This document shows, in pieces, positions 55,461 through 64,000 of a stretch of DNA of 64,000 bases. Each line of letters begins with the position of its first letter. The stretch's first letter is position 1. The translations under genes were made by a program, and so were the position numbers. The notes below the pieces were generated by a model. It had not been told where the DNA came from, searched no databases, and saw only the letters and a list, made by a program, of their open reading frames with translations. The DNA is from an uncultured virus (IMG/VR IMGVR_UViG_3300031227_016742) (taxonomy: Duplodnaviria; Heunggongvirae; Uroviricota; Caudoviricetes), in IMG/VR virus record IMGVR_UViG_3300031227_016742; one strand, 5' to 3'.

Positions 55461-56165
55461 CTACGAATCTCCTCTCCTGGAGGCTTCCAGGGCCTCCAGG
55501 TGCGCGAACAGGGCACGGTTCGAGACACGGCGGGTCTTGCCTTCACAGGCCTCACCCGTGTCGAGATAGCAGCGGCGCCCAAGGATGTGCTCATCGTCCG
55601 CGGCCTCCCTGTTCCACCGAACAGCCCTGCCGGTGTCGATCTCTTCCGAGCCGAGATCTTCGTCGGGAAGTACACCATCGGGCAGCGGCCCCAGGTCCTC
55701 TGTTGGCCTGGCCGAGGCGAAGCTGCCACCGTAGTCCCAGTGGTGCTCCATGAAGACGAACCTCTCACCGAACTTGCTGCGGATGCCCGAGAACCCTTGC
55801 CGCTCCTCGTGCCAGGCCCCGATGGCCAGGTTGCGGCTGTGCAGCACGTAGACATTCCCGTGGACACAGTCGGCGATGGCGATGCGGGGCAGCGAGGCCT
55901 CACGAATCTCGGTCTGCAGCTTGCCCCAATCGAGCAAGAAGGAGTGCTTCTCACGGCCCTCTCGGCTCTTCTTGGACTCCATGTACTGCTCGTAGCTCAG
56001 CTCACGAACCAAGCCCTCGACTGTGTCGAGCCGATCTTCGAGTTCCTTCTTTCTGTGCGCCACCTGCGGGACGATCTGCCCGAGCCTTTCTCTGGTCAGG
56101 GCGATCTCGTCCATACGGGCATCGTACCGACGCCGGTAGTGCGCCTCGTTGTCGAGCGAGGTCAT
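55461..56165 (-). CDS. hypothetical protein
   Basis: HGNVY.LHSRNL..G, GF.GIR.KFG..F...E.HWD. Confidence 0.7.
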   Translation of the reverse strand: MTSLDNEAHYRRRYDARMDEIALTRERLGQIVPQVAHRKKELEDRLDTVEGLVRELSYEQYMESKKSREGREKHSFLLDWGKLQTEIREASLPRIAIADCVHGNVYVLHSRNLAIGAWHEERQGFSGIRSKFGERFVFMEHHWDYGGSFASARPTEDLGPLPDGVLPDEDLGSEEIDTGRAVRWNREAADDEHILGRRCYLDTGEACEGKTRRVSNRALFAHLEALEASRRGDS

Positions 56166-56225
56166 GAGCTCCTCTTCGTGTCTGTCGTCCTGTCTCGCTC
56201 ATCCATGATTGTCCCTCGTTCTACA

Positions 56226-56270
56226 CCGCGAAGCGGGCTGTTGGCTGTAAGCTGTAGGCTGTAGGCTGTT
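56226..56270 (-). repeat. Heptamer-repeat/mini-hairpin element
   Basis: CCGC-GAA-GCGG then (RGCTGTW)5. Confidence 0.85.
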
Positions 56271-56271
56271 C

Positions 56272-56910
56272 TCAGTTCTCCCCGATGGGACTTTCGTGGT
56301 CCTCACCGAGCAGCTGGACCCGGAAGCTCGGGTCCTTGGCCTCGGCGGCGAACATCTCGAGGATGCGTCGCCTGGCGGCGATGGGGTCCATGCCCTCGTG
56401 AACGTAGGTGTTGGACGCCAGCTGCACTATGTCGTGGAGCAGGATGCCCCAGTGACCCGGGTCGACGAAGCTGGTCAGAAGCGCGTGCCGGATGACAGGG
56501 CTGTCCTCGTCGTCCTGCTCGAAGGGGATACCGGAGATGAGCACGGCCTCGCAGCCCTTCAGGGTCTTCGCCATCTCCGAGGGGATCGCCAGCAGGTCGC
56601 ACTCGCGCTCTTCCTCCACGCTGGGCATCGCCTCGATCTCTGCGGCCGTCAGCGCCACCGTCTCCACCTCGAGCCGGCCGCGGCCGTAGTCCATGAAGAT
56701 CTCGCGCAGGGCCATCCAGGTGCCAGGGTCGTCGCAGTGGCCCAGCACGCTCCAGTCGTCATCCGGGGTGACGCGGTACTGGACGAAGATGTCCTCGTCG
56801 CCGTTTCCCGGGCCACCACAGGCTATGGGACAGTTCGGCGGATCGCCAAGCACCTCGGCCAGATCGGCGAGGGTCTTCACGTCTTCGATGGTCTTCTTCT
56901 CGTCGCTCAT
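56272..56910 (-). CDS. two-domain protein, C-terminal DUF5076-like
   Basis: WGILL.DI...A..Y...I..F.AE. Confidence 0.65.
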   Translation of the reverse strand: MSDEKKTIEDVKTLADLAEVLGDPPNCPIACGGPGNGDEDIFVQYRVTPDDDWSVLGHCDDPGTWMALREIFMDYGRGRLEVETVALTAAEIEAMPSVEEERECDLLAIPSEMAKTLKGCEAVLISGIPFEQDDEDSPVIRHALLTSFVDPGHWGILLHDIVQLASNTYVHEGMDPIAARRRILEMFAAEAKDPSFRVQLLGEDHESPIGEN

Positions 56911-57293
56911 GCTTTCTCCGGGTGGTCGTAGTCGTTGGGGTCCAGGCCGTCTCGCTCCATCATCTCGATGCCAGCGGCCTTGACCGCCCTTCCGATGGCC
57001 ACAGCCTGAGATGTGCTCCAGCCCTCACCGAACCAGCCCTTGTGGTTGCTGTCGCCTCCGGGCCAGGAGATGTCGACGCTGCGGTCAGGGTTGTAGATGC
57101 AGACACGCACGAGCCCAAAGCGGTACTCGATGAATCCGCAGGGAGGGTCGGGGTCTCGGTGTTCCTTGGCCTCGGCATGGCTCACGACGCGAGACAGCCA
57201 GCATGAGCCGAGGATGAAGTCGAGTTTCCCCATCAGCGCGTAGCGGTCGGAGAGGCTCATGCTGATCTTTTGGTCTGTGATACGTGTCGCCAT
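56907..57293 (-). CDS. hypothetical protein
   Basis: ORF in operon. Confidence 0.6.
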   Translation of the reverse strand: MATRITDQKISMSLSDRYALMGKLDFILGSCWLSRVVSHAEAKEHRDPDPPCGFIEYRFGLVRVCIYNPDRSVDISWPGGDSNHKGWFGEGWSTSQAVAIGRAVKAAGIEMMERDGLDPNDYDHPEKA

Positions 57294-57296
57294 GGT

Positions 57297-57845
57297 TCAG
57301 CTCTCTTGTTTGTCGTGCCAGAGGCTCACGGCCCTGACGTGTTCTGCTGCCACCCCATCCAGGACGGCACCGGCGAGGGCCACGAGGCGCCGAGTGGGGC
57401 AGTCTTCGGGGACGATGGCCCGGGAGAACTGCTTGCCGCAGTGCTTGCAGTAGGGCCTGTCGCACTCCGCGTACATCTCCTCGTGAGGGAGCACCGCGAT
57501 GCCCGATGGATGCCCAGGAGCACCCTCACCCCAGCGGAACCGGAGGTGGATGGGGTGAAGCAGAGACTCTGTGTTGCAGCCGATACGGCATCTACCTCCG
57601 ATCTCTCCGTCCCATCCCCACTGGTGGTTCCAGTCTTCCTTTTCGTCCTCGTCGCACGAGACAGCGGATCGAAGTGGAGGAAACTCGCTGGCTCTCCAGG
57701 GGGTGTCCCACAGGGCCTCTTCTCCTTCTGCATCCTCGGGTGTCCCTCTGTTCCAGATTCCTACGAGGTAGCAGTCGTCGAACCGCCAGGGCACCGTATT
57801 GTGAATCTCGAGCAGCCCGTGGAGTGTGGTGACGATCTCTGGCAT
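57297..57845 (-). CDS. hypothetical protein
   Basis: ORF; CKHCG. Confidence 0.55.
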   Translation of the reverse strand: MPEIVTTLHGLLEIHNTVPWRFDDCYLVGIWNRGTPEDAEGEEALWDTPWRASEFPPLRSAVSCDEDEKEDWNHQWGWDGEIGGRCRIGCNTESLLHPIHLRFRWGEGAPGHPSGIAVLPHEEMYAECDRPYCKHCGKQFSRAIVPEDCPTRRLVALAGAVLDGVAAEHVRAVSLWHDKQES

Positions 57846-57851
57846 GACTGT

Positions 57852-58223
57852 TCAGCTCCTGTGGGCCGCAGCGGTCAGCTCGAGCGCGAGCCGGGTGACG
57901 ATCTCATCGTCGTCCGCGGCACCCCTTAGAGCAGCACGGACCAGGCTCTTCGGGTCTTCTGCTTCTGAGAGCCTGGGATCGACGAGGTCTCGGACCTTGT
58001 CCGGCTCCGTCGTCAGCGCCGCGTTCACGCTGTCGAGCAGGTCGGCGGAGAGCGGGGCCAGACGGCCCTCGGAAGAGAGGAGCTCGAAGGTCGCTTCGAC
58101 ATCAGCGTCCTGCAGCAGGCTGATGAAGAAGTGGGCGACGATGACGTCTGCCAGGGTGTCGGTGCCGAGCCCGAGCGTGTACAGTAGCTCGACTTCGCCC
58201 ATGTGGGTCAGGGGGGTGGTCAT
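57852..58223 (-). CDS. hypothetical protein
   Basis: ATGA overlap. Confidence 0.6.
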   Translation of the reverse strand: MTTPLTHMGEVELLYTLGLGTDTLADVIVAHFFISLLQDADVEATFELLSSEGRLAPLSADLLDSVNAALTTEPDKVRDLVDPRLSEAEDPKSLVRAALRGAADDDEIVTRLALELTAAAHRS

Positions 58224-58606
58224 CGCAAAGGCCCGATCAGGACGCCTTCTTCGCCGTAGAGGCTTGGCAGCCCTTCGATCTCGCTGGTCCCGGCCTTGTG
58301 GTCGTTCCAGTCATCGAGCAGGCCGGCGTCCAGCATCTTGTCGAGCAAAAACGGAGAGGTCTCGGGCCACGGGGTCCACCCGAGAGCCTCGAGGCTCGGA
58401 CCAAAGCCAACGCTGACGCCGGTCTCACAGCCCCCTTCGAGGCTGTCTGCGATGCGCTCGAGGGCCTCGACCCGACGGGTGCTCACCGCGTCCTGGGCCA
58501 CGAGGGCCGCCTTCAGCTCGAGCATGCTCTCACCGCTGATGACCGCTATCACACACAGCGATACGGCCATCAGCTTCTGCGCGAGATTGCTCGGGTTCTT
58601 GCTCAT
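58220..58606 (-). CDS. membrane-anchored hypothetical protein
   Basis: GGAG SD; N-terminal TM; ALERIADSLE. Confidence 0.65.
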   Translation of the reverse strand: MSKNPSNLAQKLMAVSLCVIAVISGESMLELKAALVAQDAVSTRRVEALERIADSLEGGCETGVSVGFGPSLEALGWTPWPETSPFLLDKMLDAGLLDDWNDHKAGTSEIEGLPSLYGEEGVLIGPLR

Positions 58607-58627
58607 GGCTCTCTCCAATATCATGTG

Positions 58628-58686
58628 CCCCGAAGGGAAGCGGTAAGCGGTCAGCGGTGAGCGGTTAGCGGTGGCCGTAGGCCACA
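58628..58686 (-). repeat. Heptamer-repeat/mini-hairpin element (direct repeat A)
   Basis: CCC-GAA-GGG, (AGCGGTN)5, GTGGCC-GTA-GGCCAC. Confidence 0.9.
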
Positions 58687-58687
58687 C

Positions 58688-58912
58688 CTACCACCCATCG
58701 AACTCGCCGAGCTCTTCGACCTCGGCATCGGTCATCCACGCCAGCCCGACCTCGACGAAGTACCCGGGATCGTCATCGACACACGAGCCATGATGAGCGA
58801 GGAGCTCGGACTCGACGTTCTGCCACGTGACAGGGTCACCGATCGTTCCGATCGTGCACCAAGCACTCTCGCCTTGCGGTCTGATTTGCACCCTGGCGGT
58901 CTTCTCATTCAT
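58688..58912 (-). CDS. small acidic protein
   Basis: GAGG SD; ends ..MTDAEVEELGEFDGW. Confidence 0.7.
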   Translation of the reverse strand: MNEKTARVQIRPQGESAWCTIGTIGDPVTWQNVESELLAHHGSCVDDDPGYFVEVGLAWMTDAEVEELGEFDGW

Positions 58913-58932
58913 GGTGTGTTCCTCGTTCTGTT

Positions 58933-58985
58933 CCCCGAAGGGAGAGCGGTAAGCGGTAAGCGGTAAGCGGTGGCCGTAGGCCACA
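58933..58985 (-). repeat. Heptamer-repeat/mini-hairpin element (direct repeat B)
   Basis: CCC-GAA-GGG, (AGCGGTR)4, GTGGCC-GTA-GGCCAC. Confidence 0.9.
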
Positions 58986-58986
58986 G

Positions 58987-60486
58987 TCATCCCTTGACGT
59001 TGGCGACGGGCCATAGTCGGTTTTCCACGGTGCAGATGCCAGCTACGACCAGGGTGTTGAGCACCGGGTCCAGCTTCTTGTAGACGTGCCGGCACTCGTC
59101 CAGCGGGATCTGCCGGTGATTGGAGAGCACGCCGACCACTTCGACGCCACCCAAAAAGCGGGTGATCGTCTTCATCTCGCGGTCTATTTCCTTGCCGCGG
59201 CCCTTGAGGCCGCCCTCCGCTGGGCGCTTCTTCTTGGCAGCCATACGCCCCAGCACCCGTCCAGCGCCGTGGTTGACGGAGAAGCACGACAGAGCGGAGT
59301 GCTGCCACATGAACTGGCGCAGCTCTTCGGAGGCGGAGTCTCGGTCGTAGGCACTGCGTAGCTCGGGCTGCAGCAGGCGTGGAGGCATGGCGCGCAGCAG
59401 CGCTGCGCCCTCGAACATGGAGCCCGGGACGATGATGGGGTGGCCATCGTTCTGCCAGCGGGTCCCAGTCAACATAGGGTGGCCCGCCGGGAAAGCACGG
59501 GTCGCGCCCTTGCGATGAACCCAGGCCTCTCTCCAGTGCTCGCCATCGAGACACACCTGTTCGCGCTGGACCAGGTTATGGCTGATCTCGTAGACCGGCT
59601 CGGGGCTGCAGTCGGAGAAGACCTCAGTGGAAGCCTCGGCGACAGCGCGCTGCATGACCCAGCGGTTGGCCGAGGCGTAGTTGGCCGCGGCGTTGTGGTG
59701 GTCGATGTACAGCAGGCCGAGCTCGGAGTCGTCGTGGATGACGGCCTCGTCTCCACGTACGCCGGTGAGCTCCTTGTTGGTCCGGAAGAACCAGTCCGCG
59801 GTCTTGTAGCCGAAACCGCGAGAGCCGGAGTGTACGATGGCGTAGGCCTGGCCGTCGTCCTCGTCACACAGAAGCTCCACGAAGTGGTTGCCCGATCCAA
59901 GCGATCCGAGCTGGACGGCGGCCGAGTCGAAGGCCAAGGGCACCATCTTTTGGTCGTAGCTGTCGCTGACCTCGAAGTGATGCCGCTCGCAGAAGCTGGT
60001 GTCCACGCCGAGCACAGAGGGTCCGTGTCGGATGACATCCGCTATCTGGCGCTCGGAGAAGCTCGCCATCAGTGAGGTGCGGTGCTTGCCGATCCCCAAT
60101 GGGATGCGGGCTGCCACCGCGTCGATCCAGGCCCGACGCACGACGGGATCGACGATGTGTTCTGCGGTGACACCGCACAGCTTCATCGCTATCATCCCGC
60201 AGCCGATATCGAAGCCTGCTCCACCGAGAGCCAGGGTGCCTTCCGTCGCGATGACCATCCCGATGGGCACCCCGTAGCCGGGGTGGGTGTCGGGCAGCAG
60301 CCACGCACCGAGGACGCCCTCGACGGACGCTCCAAAAGCCGCCTGACGCCACAGGGGCTCGTCGCTCATGGCGAGAGCGTACAGCTCATCGTCGAGAAAC
60401 GCTGTCACCGGCACCTTCATCTCGCCCACAGCCCGCAGCTGGACCGTGGACTCGTCGAGGCGCTGTACCTGGCTCATGTAGGACAT
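58987..60486 (-). CDS. rtcB: RtcB family RNA ligase
   Basis: PDTHPGYGVPIG, DIGCG, GSLGSGNHFVE, HSGSRG, HN, HRKGAT, HGAGR. Confidence 0.95.
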   Translation of the reverse strand: MSYMSQVQRLDESTVQLRAVGEMKVPVTAFLDDELYALAMSDEPLWRQAAFGASVEGVLGAWLLPDTHPGYGVPIGMVIATEGTLALGGAGFDIGCGMIAMKLCGVTAEHIVDPVVRRAWIDAVAARIPLGIGKHRTSLMASFSERQIADVIRHGPSVLGVDTSFCERHHFEVSDSYDQKMVPLAFDSAAVQLGSLGSGNHFVELLCDEDDGQAYAIVHSGSRGFGYKTADWFFRTNKELTGVRGDEAVIHDDSELGLLYIDHHNAAANYASANRWVMQRAVAEASTEVFSDCSPEPVYEISHNLVQREQVCLDGEHWREAWVHRKGATRAFPAGHPMLTGTRWQNDGHPIIVPGSMFEGAALLRAMPPRLLQPELRSAYDRDSASEELRQFMWQHSALSCFSVNHGAGRVLGRMAAKKKRPAEGGLKGRGKEIDREMKTITRFLGGVEVVGVLSNHRQIPLDECRHVYKKLDPVLNTLVVAGICTVENRLWPVANVKG

Positions 60487-60998
60487 CACCAGCGCCTGTC
60501 GTCGGGCTTGTAGCAGTCCGGCATCGTCACCGGACCCAGCGGGAGAGCTTCCTCGTTCCAGGGCTCCCAGGCGTCGATAGCGCCGCAACCAGAGCAGAGG
60601 TCATGTGCACCAGGGTCTGTCGCGACGGTCTCCTCGCACCAGGAACACCGATGAGTGTGCCCGAAGCCGGAGACCTCGGTGATCTCCACCGAGGCGACGC
60701 TCACGTTATCGACCTCGTCGATCTCTCCCCACGCTCGGCGCTCATCGTAGCTGCTGTAGTCGAGATCTTCGGTGTACTGCAAGACGCGGCGCATCTTGAC
60801 AGTGGGGATGACGCCGACCGGACCAGAGGGTGTCCATTCCGGCTTTTCGGAGAACTGACGGTTCCCCTTGATGCGCTTGTCGCCCATCCTGGCATCCACC
60901 GGGCTCCACGGGCCGTAATCGTGGCGCTGAAACACCTGGATCCAGCAATCAGTGGTCTGTTCCCACATCCACATGGTCTTGTCGTCGGTCGAGCTCAT
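60486..60998 (-). CDS. hypothetical protein with C-terminal zinc ribbon
   Basis: AGGAG SD; CSWC, CSGC. Confidence 0.65.
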   Translation of the reverse strand: MSSTDDKTMWMWEQTTDCWIQVFQRHDYGPWSPVDARMGDKRIKGNRQFSEKPEWTPSGPVGVIPTVKMRRVLQYTEDLDYSSYDERRAWGEIDEVDNVSVASVEITEVSGFGHTHRCSWCEETVATDPGAHDLCSGCGAIDAWEPWNEEALPLGPVTMPDCYKPDDRRW

Positions 60999-61022
60999 CT
61001 TCGGTCTCCTGCTTGCTTCTGA

Positions 61023-61051
61023 CAGGTAACACATGCCACTGTCGGTAGCAA
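61023..61051 (-). promoter_or_regulatory. Promoter/operator of the rtcB-containing operon
   Basis: TTGCTA-17-TACCTG; TGCCAC-TGTCG-GTAGCA. Confidence 0.65.
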
Positions 61052-61092
61052 GCAGAAGGCACTACTTCCGTCTACTCTTTGTTGGAGCCCTG

Positions 61093-61542
61093 CTACAGCT
61101 GGCTGTGGTGCCATCTGTCCCAAGCGACATCACCGTAGCCAGCTTCGACACAGGCAGGGCAGATGCCACGACCTCCGCATCTATTGTCTCCATGGGGAAT
61201 GGAGGTCCTCAGCGACGGATCGCCAAGAACCACCAACCTGGACTCGTCTCCACCGTACGGCGACCCGCACAGCGGACATGGTATCCAGAAAAAGCCATGA
61301 GTCAGGCATACCTTCCCGTGCCGGCGCCTGGCCTTACCTGGCGTCAACCACAGGGTGATGCGCTGCAGCGCCAGGCCAAAGTATCCCCCTGTGCGGAAGC
61401 AGATCGTCCGCAGGAGACCGTCCTCTTCGAAGCGGAAGCCCAGCGCGATGATGTCCCCTTCGACGGTGTGAGCCCAGAGGACCAGCGCCATGACGCCCTT
61501 GGGTGACGGGAGCTCAACGTCTGGGTGAGGAATGCCAGGCAT
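61093..61542 (-). CDS. hypothetical protein with zinc motif
   Basis: GFFWIPCPLCG..GG.E, GICPAC. Confidence 0.6.
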   Translation of the reverse strand: MPGIPHPDVELPSPKGVMALVLWAHTVEGDIIALGFRFEEDGLLRTICFRTGGYFGLALQRITLWLTPGKARRRHGKVCLTHGFFWIPCPLCGSPYGGDESRLVVLGDPSLRTSIPHGDNRCGGRGICPACVEAGYGDVAWDRWHHSQL

Positions 61543-61547
61543 GGCTC

Positions 61548-62090
61548 TCACTTCTTCTGTTCGATGATGCTGGTATCGAGCCCGGTCTCGAGACGCCCCA
61601 GCGCGTCCTTGGATATGGCCATGCTCGCCGAAGCCATCTCGGCCAGCACACGGCTCCGCTCTTTGGAGAACGTCTCTGCAAAGACAGGCTCGAGGACACT
61701 GTTCGGGCCCCACGCTTCTCCGACCTTGTCCGTGCCGTCCCAGACCGACAACCGCCAGCTGCGACCGAAGTCCACCTCCATCCCCACGAGCATGATCGCC
61801 GCGTCGCTGCCCGTGGAGATCCTGTAGTGCACCTTGTCGCCGTCATACCGGAACGAATGAGGGATCTCCCACCTCAACGCCCTCGAGACGATGGTGAGCG
61901 CCTTGCGCAGCGAGTCGGGGTCGATGTCGTCCGAGCGGAACTCTTTAGCGAGCTCGAGCCATCGGTACAGGTCTCCGGCCCTCAGTAGGCCGACGCGCTC
62001 CTTGCGTCGCCTGGACTGTACTATCGTCCAGGCGACGGAGGCTACGATAGCCACGCCAAGCGCGAACGCGAAGAGCAGGTGCATGCCCAT
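61548..62090 (-). CDS. membrane-anchored hypothetical protein
   Basis: GAGG SD; N-terminal TM. Confidence 0.65.
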   Translation of the reverse strand: MGMHLLFAFALGVAIVASVAWTIVQSRRRKERVGLLRAGDLYRWLELAKEFRSDDIDPDSLRKALTIVSRALRWEIPHSFRYDGDKVHYRISTGSDAAIMLVGMEVDFGRSWRLSVWDGTDKVGEAWGPNSVLEPVFAETFSKERSRVLAEMASASMAISKDALGRLETGLDTSIIEQKK

Positions 62091-62110
62091 GTCTACCTCG
62101 TCGCCCAATA

Positions 62111-62162
62111 CCCCGAAGGGAGAGCGGTGAGCGGTAAGCGGTAAGCGGCGACCGGAGGTCGC
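62111..62162 (-). repeat. Heptamer-repeat/mini-hairpin element
   Basis: CCC-GAA-GGG, (AGCGGTR)3, GCGACC-GGA-GGTCGC. Confidence 0.9.
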
Positions 62163-62779
62163 TACTCGTCTTCGTTCGGCTCGCTACCCAGCGCCTCGAC
62201 GCACAGCTTGCCCATGCGCTGGGCGATGTCCTTGGACAGCTTGGGGGCCACCATCTCGTCCCAGGACAGCCACAAGAGCATCGGAGCACTGAGGGGGTTG
62301 CCACCGTAGGCGATGGGCAGGCCGTAGTGCAGGTGATGCTCGAGACTGGCCAGCTTGATGACGATCGAGATTCTCTCGGGCATGGTCAGGTGACCAGCAG
62401 GGGCGACGCCAGGCCGCTCGTCGTCGAAGTGGTAGCTGATGACGATCTTGTCCCGCTCGTAGCGGCCTGAGACGGCCTTTCCCTGGATGACGACCTCGGC
62501 CCGCGAGTCGGACAGCTCGGACAGCACCAGCCCGGCGCTCTCGTCCTCGCTGTCCATCAGGGTGATCTTCTCCTGCAGCATGCCACCGGCCATGGTCAAC
62601 ATGCACAGGTCAGCCTGCAGCTGGACACGCTGCTCGAGGCTCAGCTCGTCCACGTCGTCGGAGGTGGCCCGGGCGTTCAGCCTGGCCCACTCGGCGGCCA
62701 CCAGCTCTCGCAGGGGGACCTCGAGGATGACCCCGGTCTCGGGTTCGGACTTTCTCGTGAGCAGATCTCTGAGGGACAT
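62162..62779 (-). CDS. hypothetical protein
   Basis: GAGG SD. Confidence 0.65.
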   Translation of the reverse strand: MSLRDLLTRKSEPETGVILEVPLRELVAAEWARLNARATSDDVDELSLEQRVQLQADLCMLTMAGGMLQEKITLMDSEDESAGLVLSELSDSRAEVVIQGKAVSGRYERDKIVISYHFDDERPGVAPAGHLTMPERISIVIKLASLEHHLHYGLPIAYGGNPLSAPMLLWLSWDEMVAPKLSKDIAQRMGKLCVEALGSEPNEDE

Positions 62780-62836
62780 GATTCTTTCCTCTCTCGGTTT
62801 GCCCCATAGGGCGGTGATGTGTCGATGAATATGTGG

Positions 62837-63943
62837 CTACCAGGTGCACTGGTCGTAGTCACATGTCCCAAAACATGCGATGTCGGAGCCACTCCTGATT
62901 CCGCAGACGTGAGCCTGACCTGTCTCGATCATGGAAAATCCAGACCCAAACGACCCGGGACCAACGCCAGAACAAGACGCCTCACCAGACACGGTCAAGT
63001 AGCAACGTCCGTAATATCCTGCCGAGACCGAGAGATGATTTCCAACCGTGAGCGACTCTGTCCCATAGATCTCGTTCTCCCCCCAGCAGTACAGGTCACC
63101 ACCGTCACCGATTCCGCAGGCCAGGTAGTTCCCAAGCGAGACAGATCTCCAGGGCTCCGAGATGAGCGGAGGTGTCGTGACCCCCTTGGAGTCGTCTCCG
63201 GAGCAAGACATGGCGCCAGATGGATCGACGGCACAGGTGGTGTACAGGCCGGTCGAGATGTCGATCCACGGACCGTTTCCAAGGTCCGTCTCACCGTAGT
63301 AGGAACTTCCCCAGCAGCGGCTCTGTCCGGACGGTAGCAGTCCACAAGCGTGCCCTGCTCCCATGTCTACGGAGACAAAGGCGTCAGAGGGAGGGTTACA
63401 GAGAGATCCCTGACAGCCTCCCCAGCATACCACTGAGCCCGACGAGTCCAACGCACAGGCCGTGGTTCCTCCCGCTGACTCCATAGACACCTGCCGCCAT
63501 TGGTTCCCGGACGGCACCGAAGCCAGCCCAGAAGAATCAAGCCCCTTGCACTCCATCGTTCCATCCTGGTGAACCACACAGGTGTTATTGGTCGAGACCG
63601 CCACCCATGGAAGCTGCATATCCTCTCCGTCGCAGTCCTGGTCGATGTCGTCCCACCCGACCTCTTCGGCCTCTGGGTGGATGAGCGCGTCCTCGTCGTT
63701 GCAGTCGGTCTCCTCGGGCCACCCGTCTCCGTCACGATCCACAGGATCGGTGTCCGCGTCGGCGTCGGTGTCAGCGTCGGCGTCGGCGTCGGTGTCGGAG
63801 TCGGTGTCGGAGTCGGTGTCCGTGTCGGAGTCGGAGTCGGTGTCCGTGTCGGTGTCACCCTCGATGACAGGATCGCCTGTGCTGTCAATCTTGGTATCGC
63901 AGCTGGCGAGGGCAAGGAGGATGGTCAGAAGAACAAGGCGCAT
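62837..63943 (-). CDS. Lipoprotein with acidic DT/DS/DA linker, MopE-like metal-binding motif and RCC1-like repeats
   Basis: LASC lipobox; DRDGDG..DCND....IHP.A.E...D.IDQDCDG; repeated ..ACG.....C.G. Confidence 0.8.
   Translation of the reverse strand: MRLVLLTILLALASCDTKIDSTGDPVIEGDTDTDTDSDSDTDTDSDTDSDTDADADADTDADADTDPVDRDGDGWPEETDCNDEDALIHPEAEEVGWDDIDQDCDGEDMQLPWVAVSTNNTCVVHQDGTMECKGLDSSGLASVPSGNQWRQVSMESAGGTTACALDSSGSVVCWGGCQGSLCNPPSDAFVSVDMGAGHACGLLPSGQSRCWGSSYYGETDLGNGPWIDISTGLYTTCAVDPSGAMSCSGDDSKGVTTPPLISEPWRSVSLGNYLACGIGDGGDLYCWGENEIYGTESLTVGNHLSVSAGYYGRCYLTVSGEASCSGVGPGSFGSGFSMIETGQAHVCGIRSGSDIACFGTCDYDQCTW
63746..63856 (-). repeat. Low-complexity 6-nt repeat encoding (D-T/S/A)n
   Basis: GACACC/GACTCC/GACGCC runs. 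Confidence 0.85.
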
Positions 63944-64000
63944 GGTTTATTCCTTATCGGTTCGTGCCATGTGGACGTCACCGGCTCTATGTGTCGAAAA

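Noticed and set aside
63746..63856. Acidic 6-nt repeat as a novel element
   Set aside because: Ordinary DTDTD/DADAD linker of myxobacterial-type lipoproteins

Overview
High-GC, gene-dense window that looks like the accessory/early region of a large virus or virus-like element. The host is probably a myxobacterium (inference from myxobacterial-style lipoproteins at both ends). No capsid, terminase, integrase or polymerase gene is visible. Most ORFs are short hypotheticals. Recognisable genes: thaumatin-like lipoprotein, GNAT, two PcfJ-like proteins, RadC/JAB, an ArfB homologue with GGM instead of GGQ, ART-like and kinase-like proteins, a degenerate ComM/YifB ATPase, a lytic transglycosylase, an HNH endonuclease, a divergent beta-clamp, RtcB and two atypical tRNAs. 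Four patterns cut across the window. (1) About 13 sigma70-type promoter/operator sites share a TGCYAC-N5-GTRGCA palindrome. (2) About 18 intergenic elements consist of 7-nt repeats capped by UNCG/GNA mini-hairpins, with strong strand bias. (3) A set of enzymes carries related N-terminal leader peptides fused to different catalytic domains, several apparently on leaderless mRNAs; this is a candidate effector-sorting system. (4) Two uORF/RNA-structure leaders occur, including a four-segment translational attenuator in front of the GGM-ArfB. All protein calls come from motif recognition by eye, not database searches.
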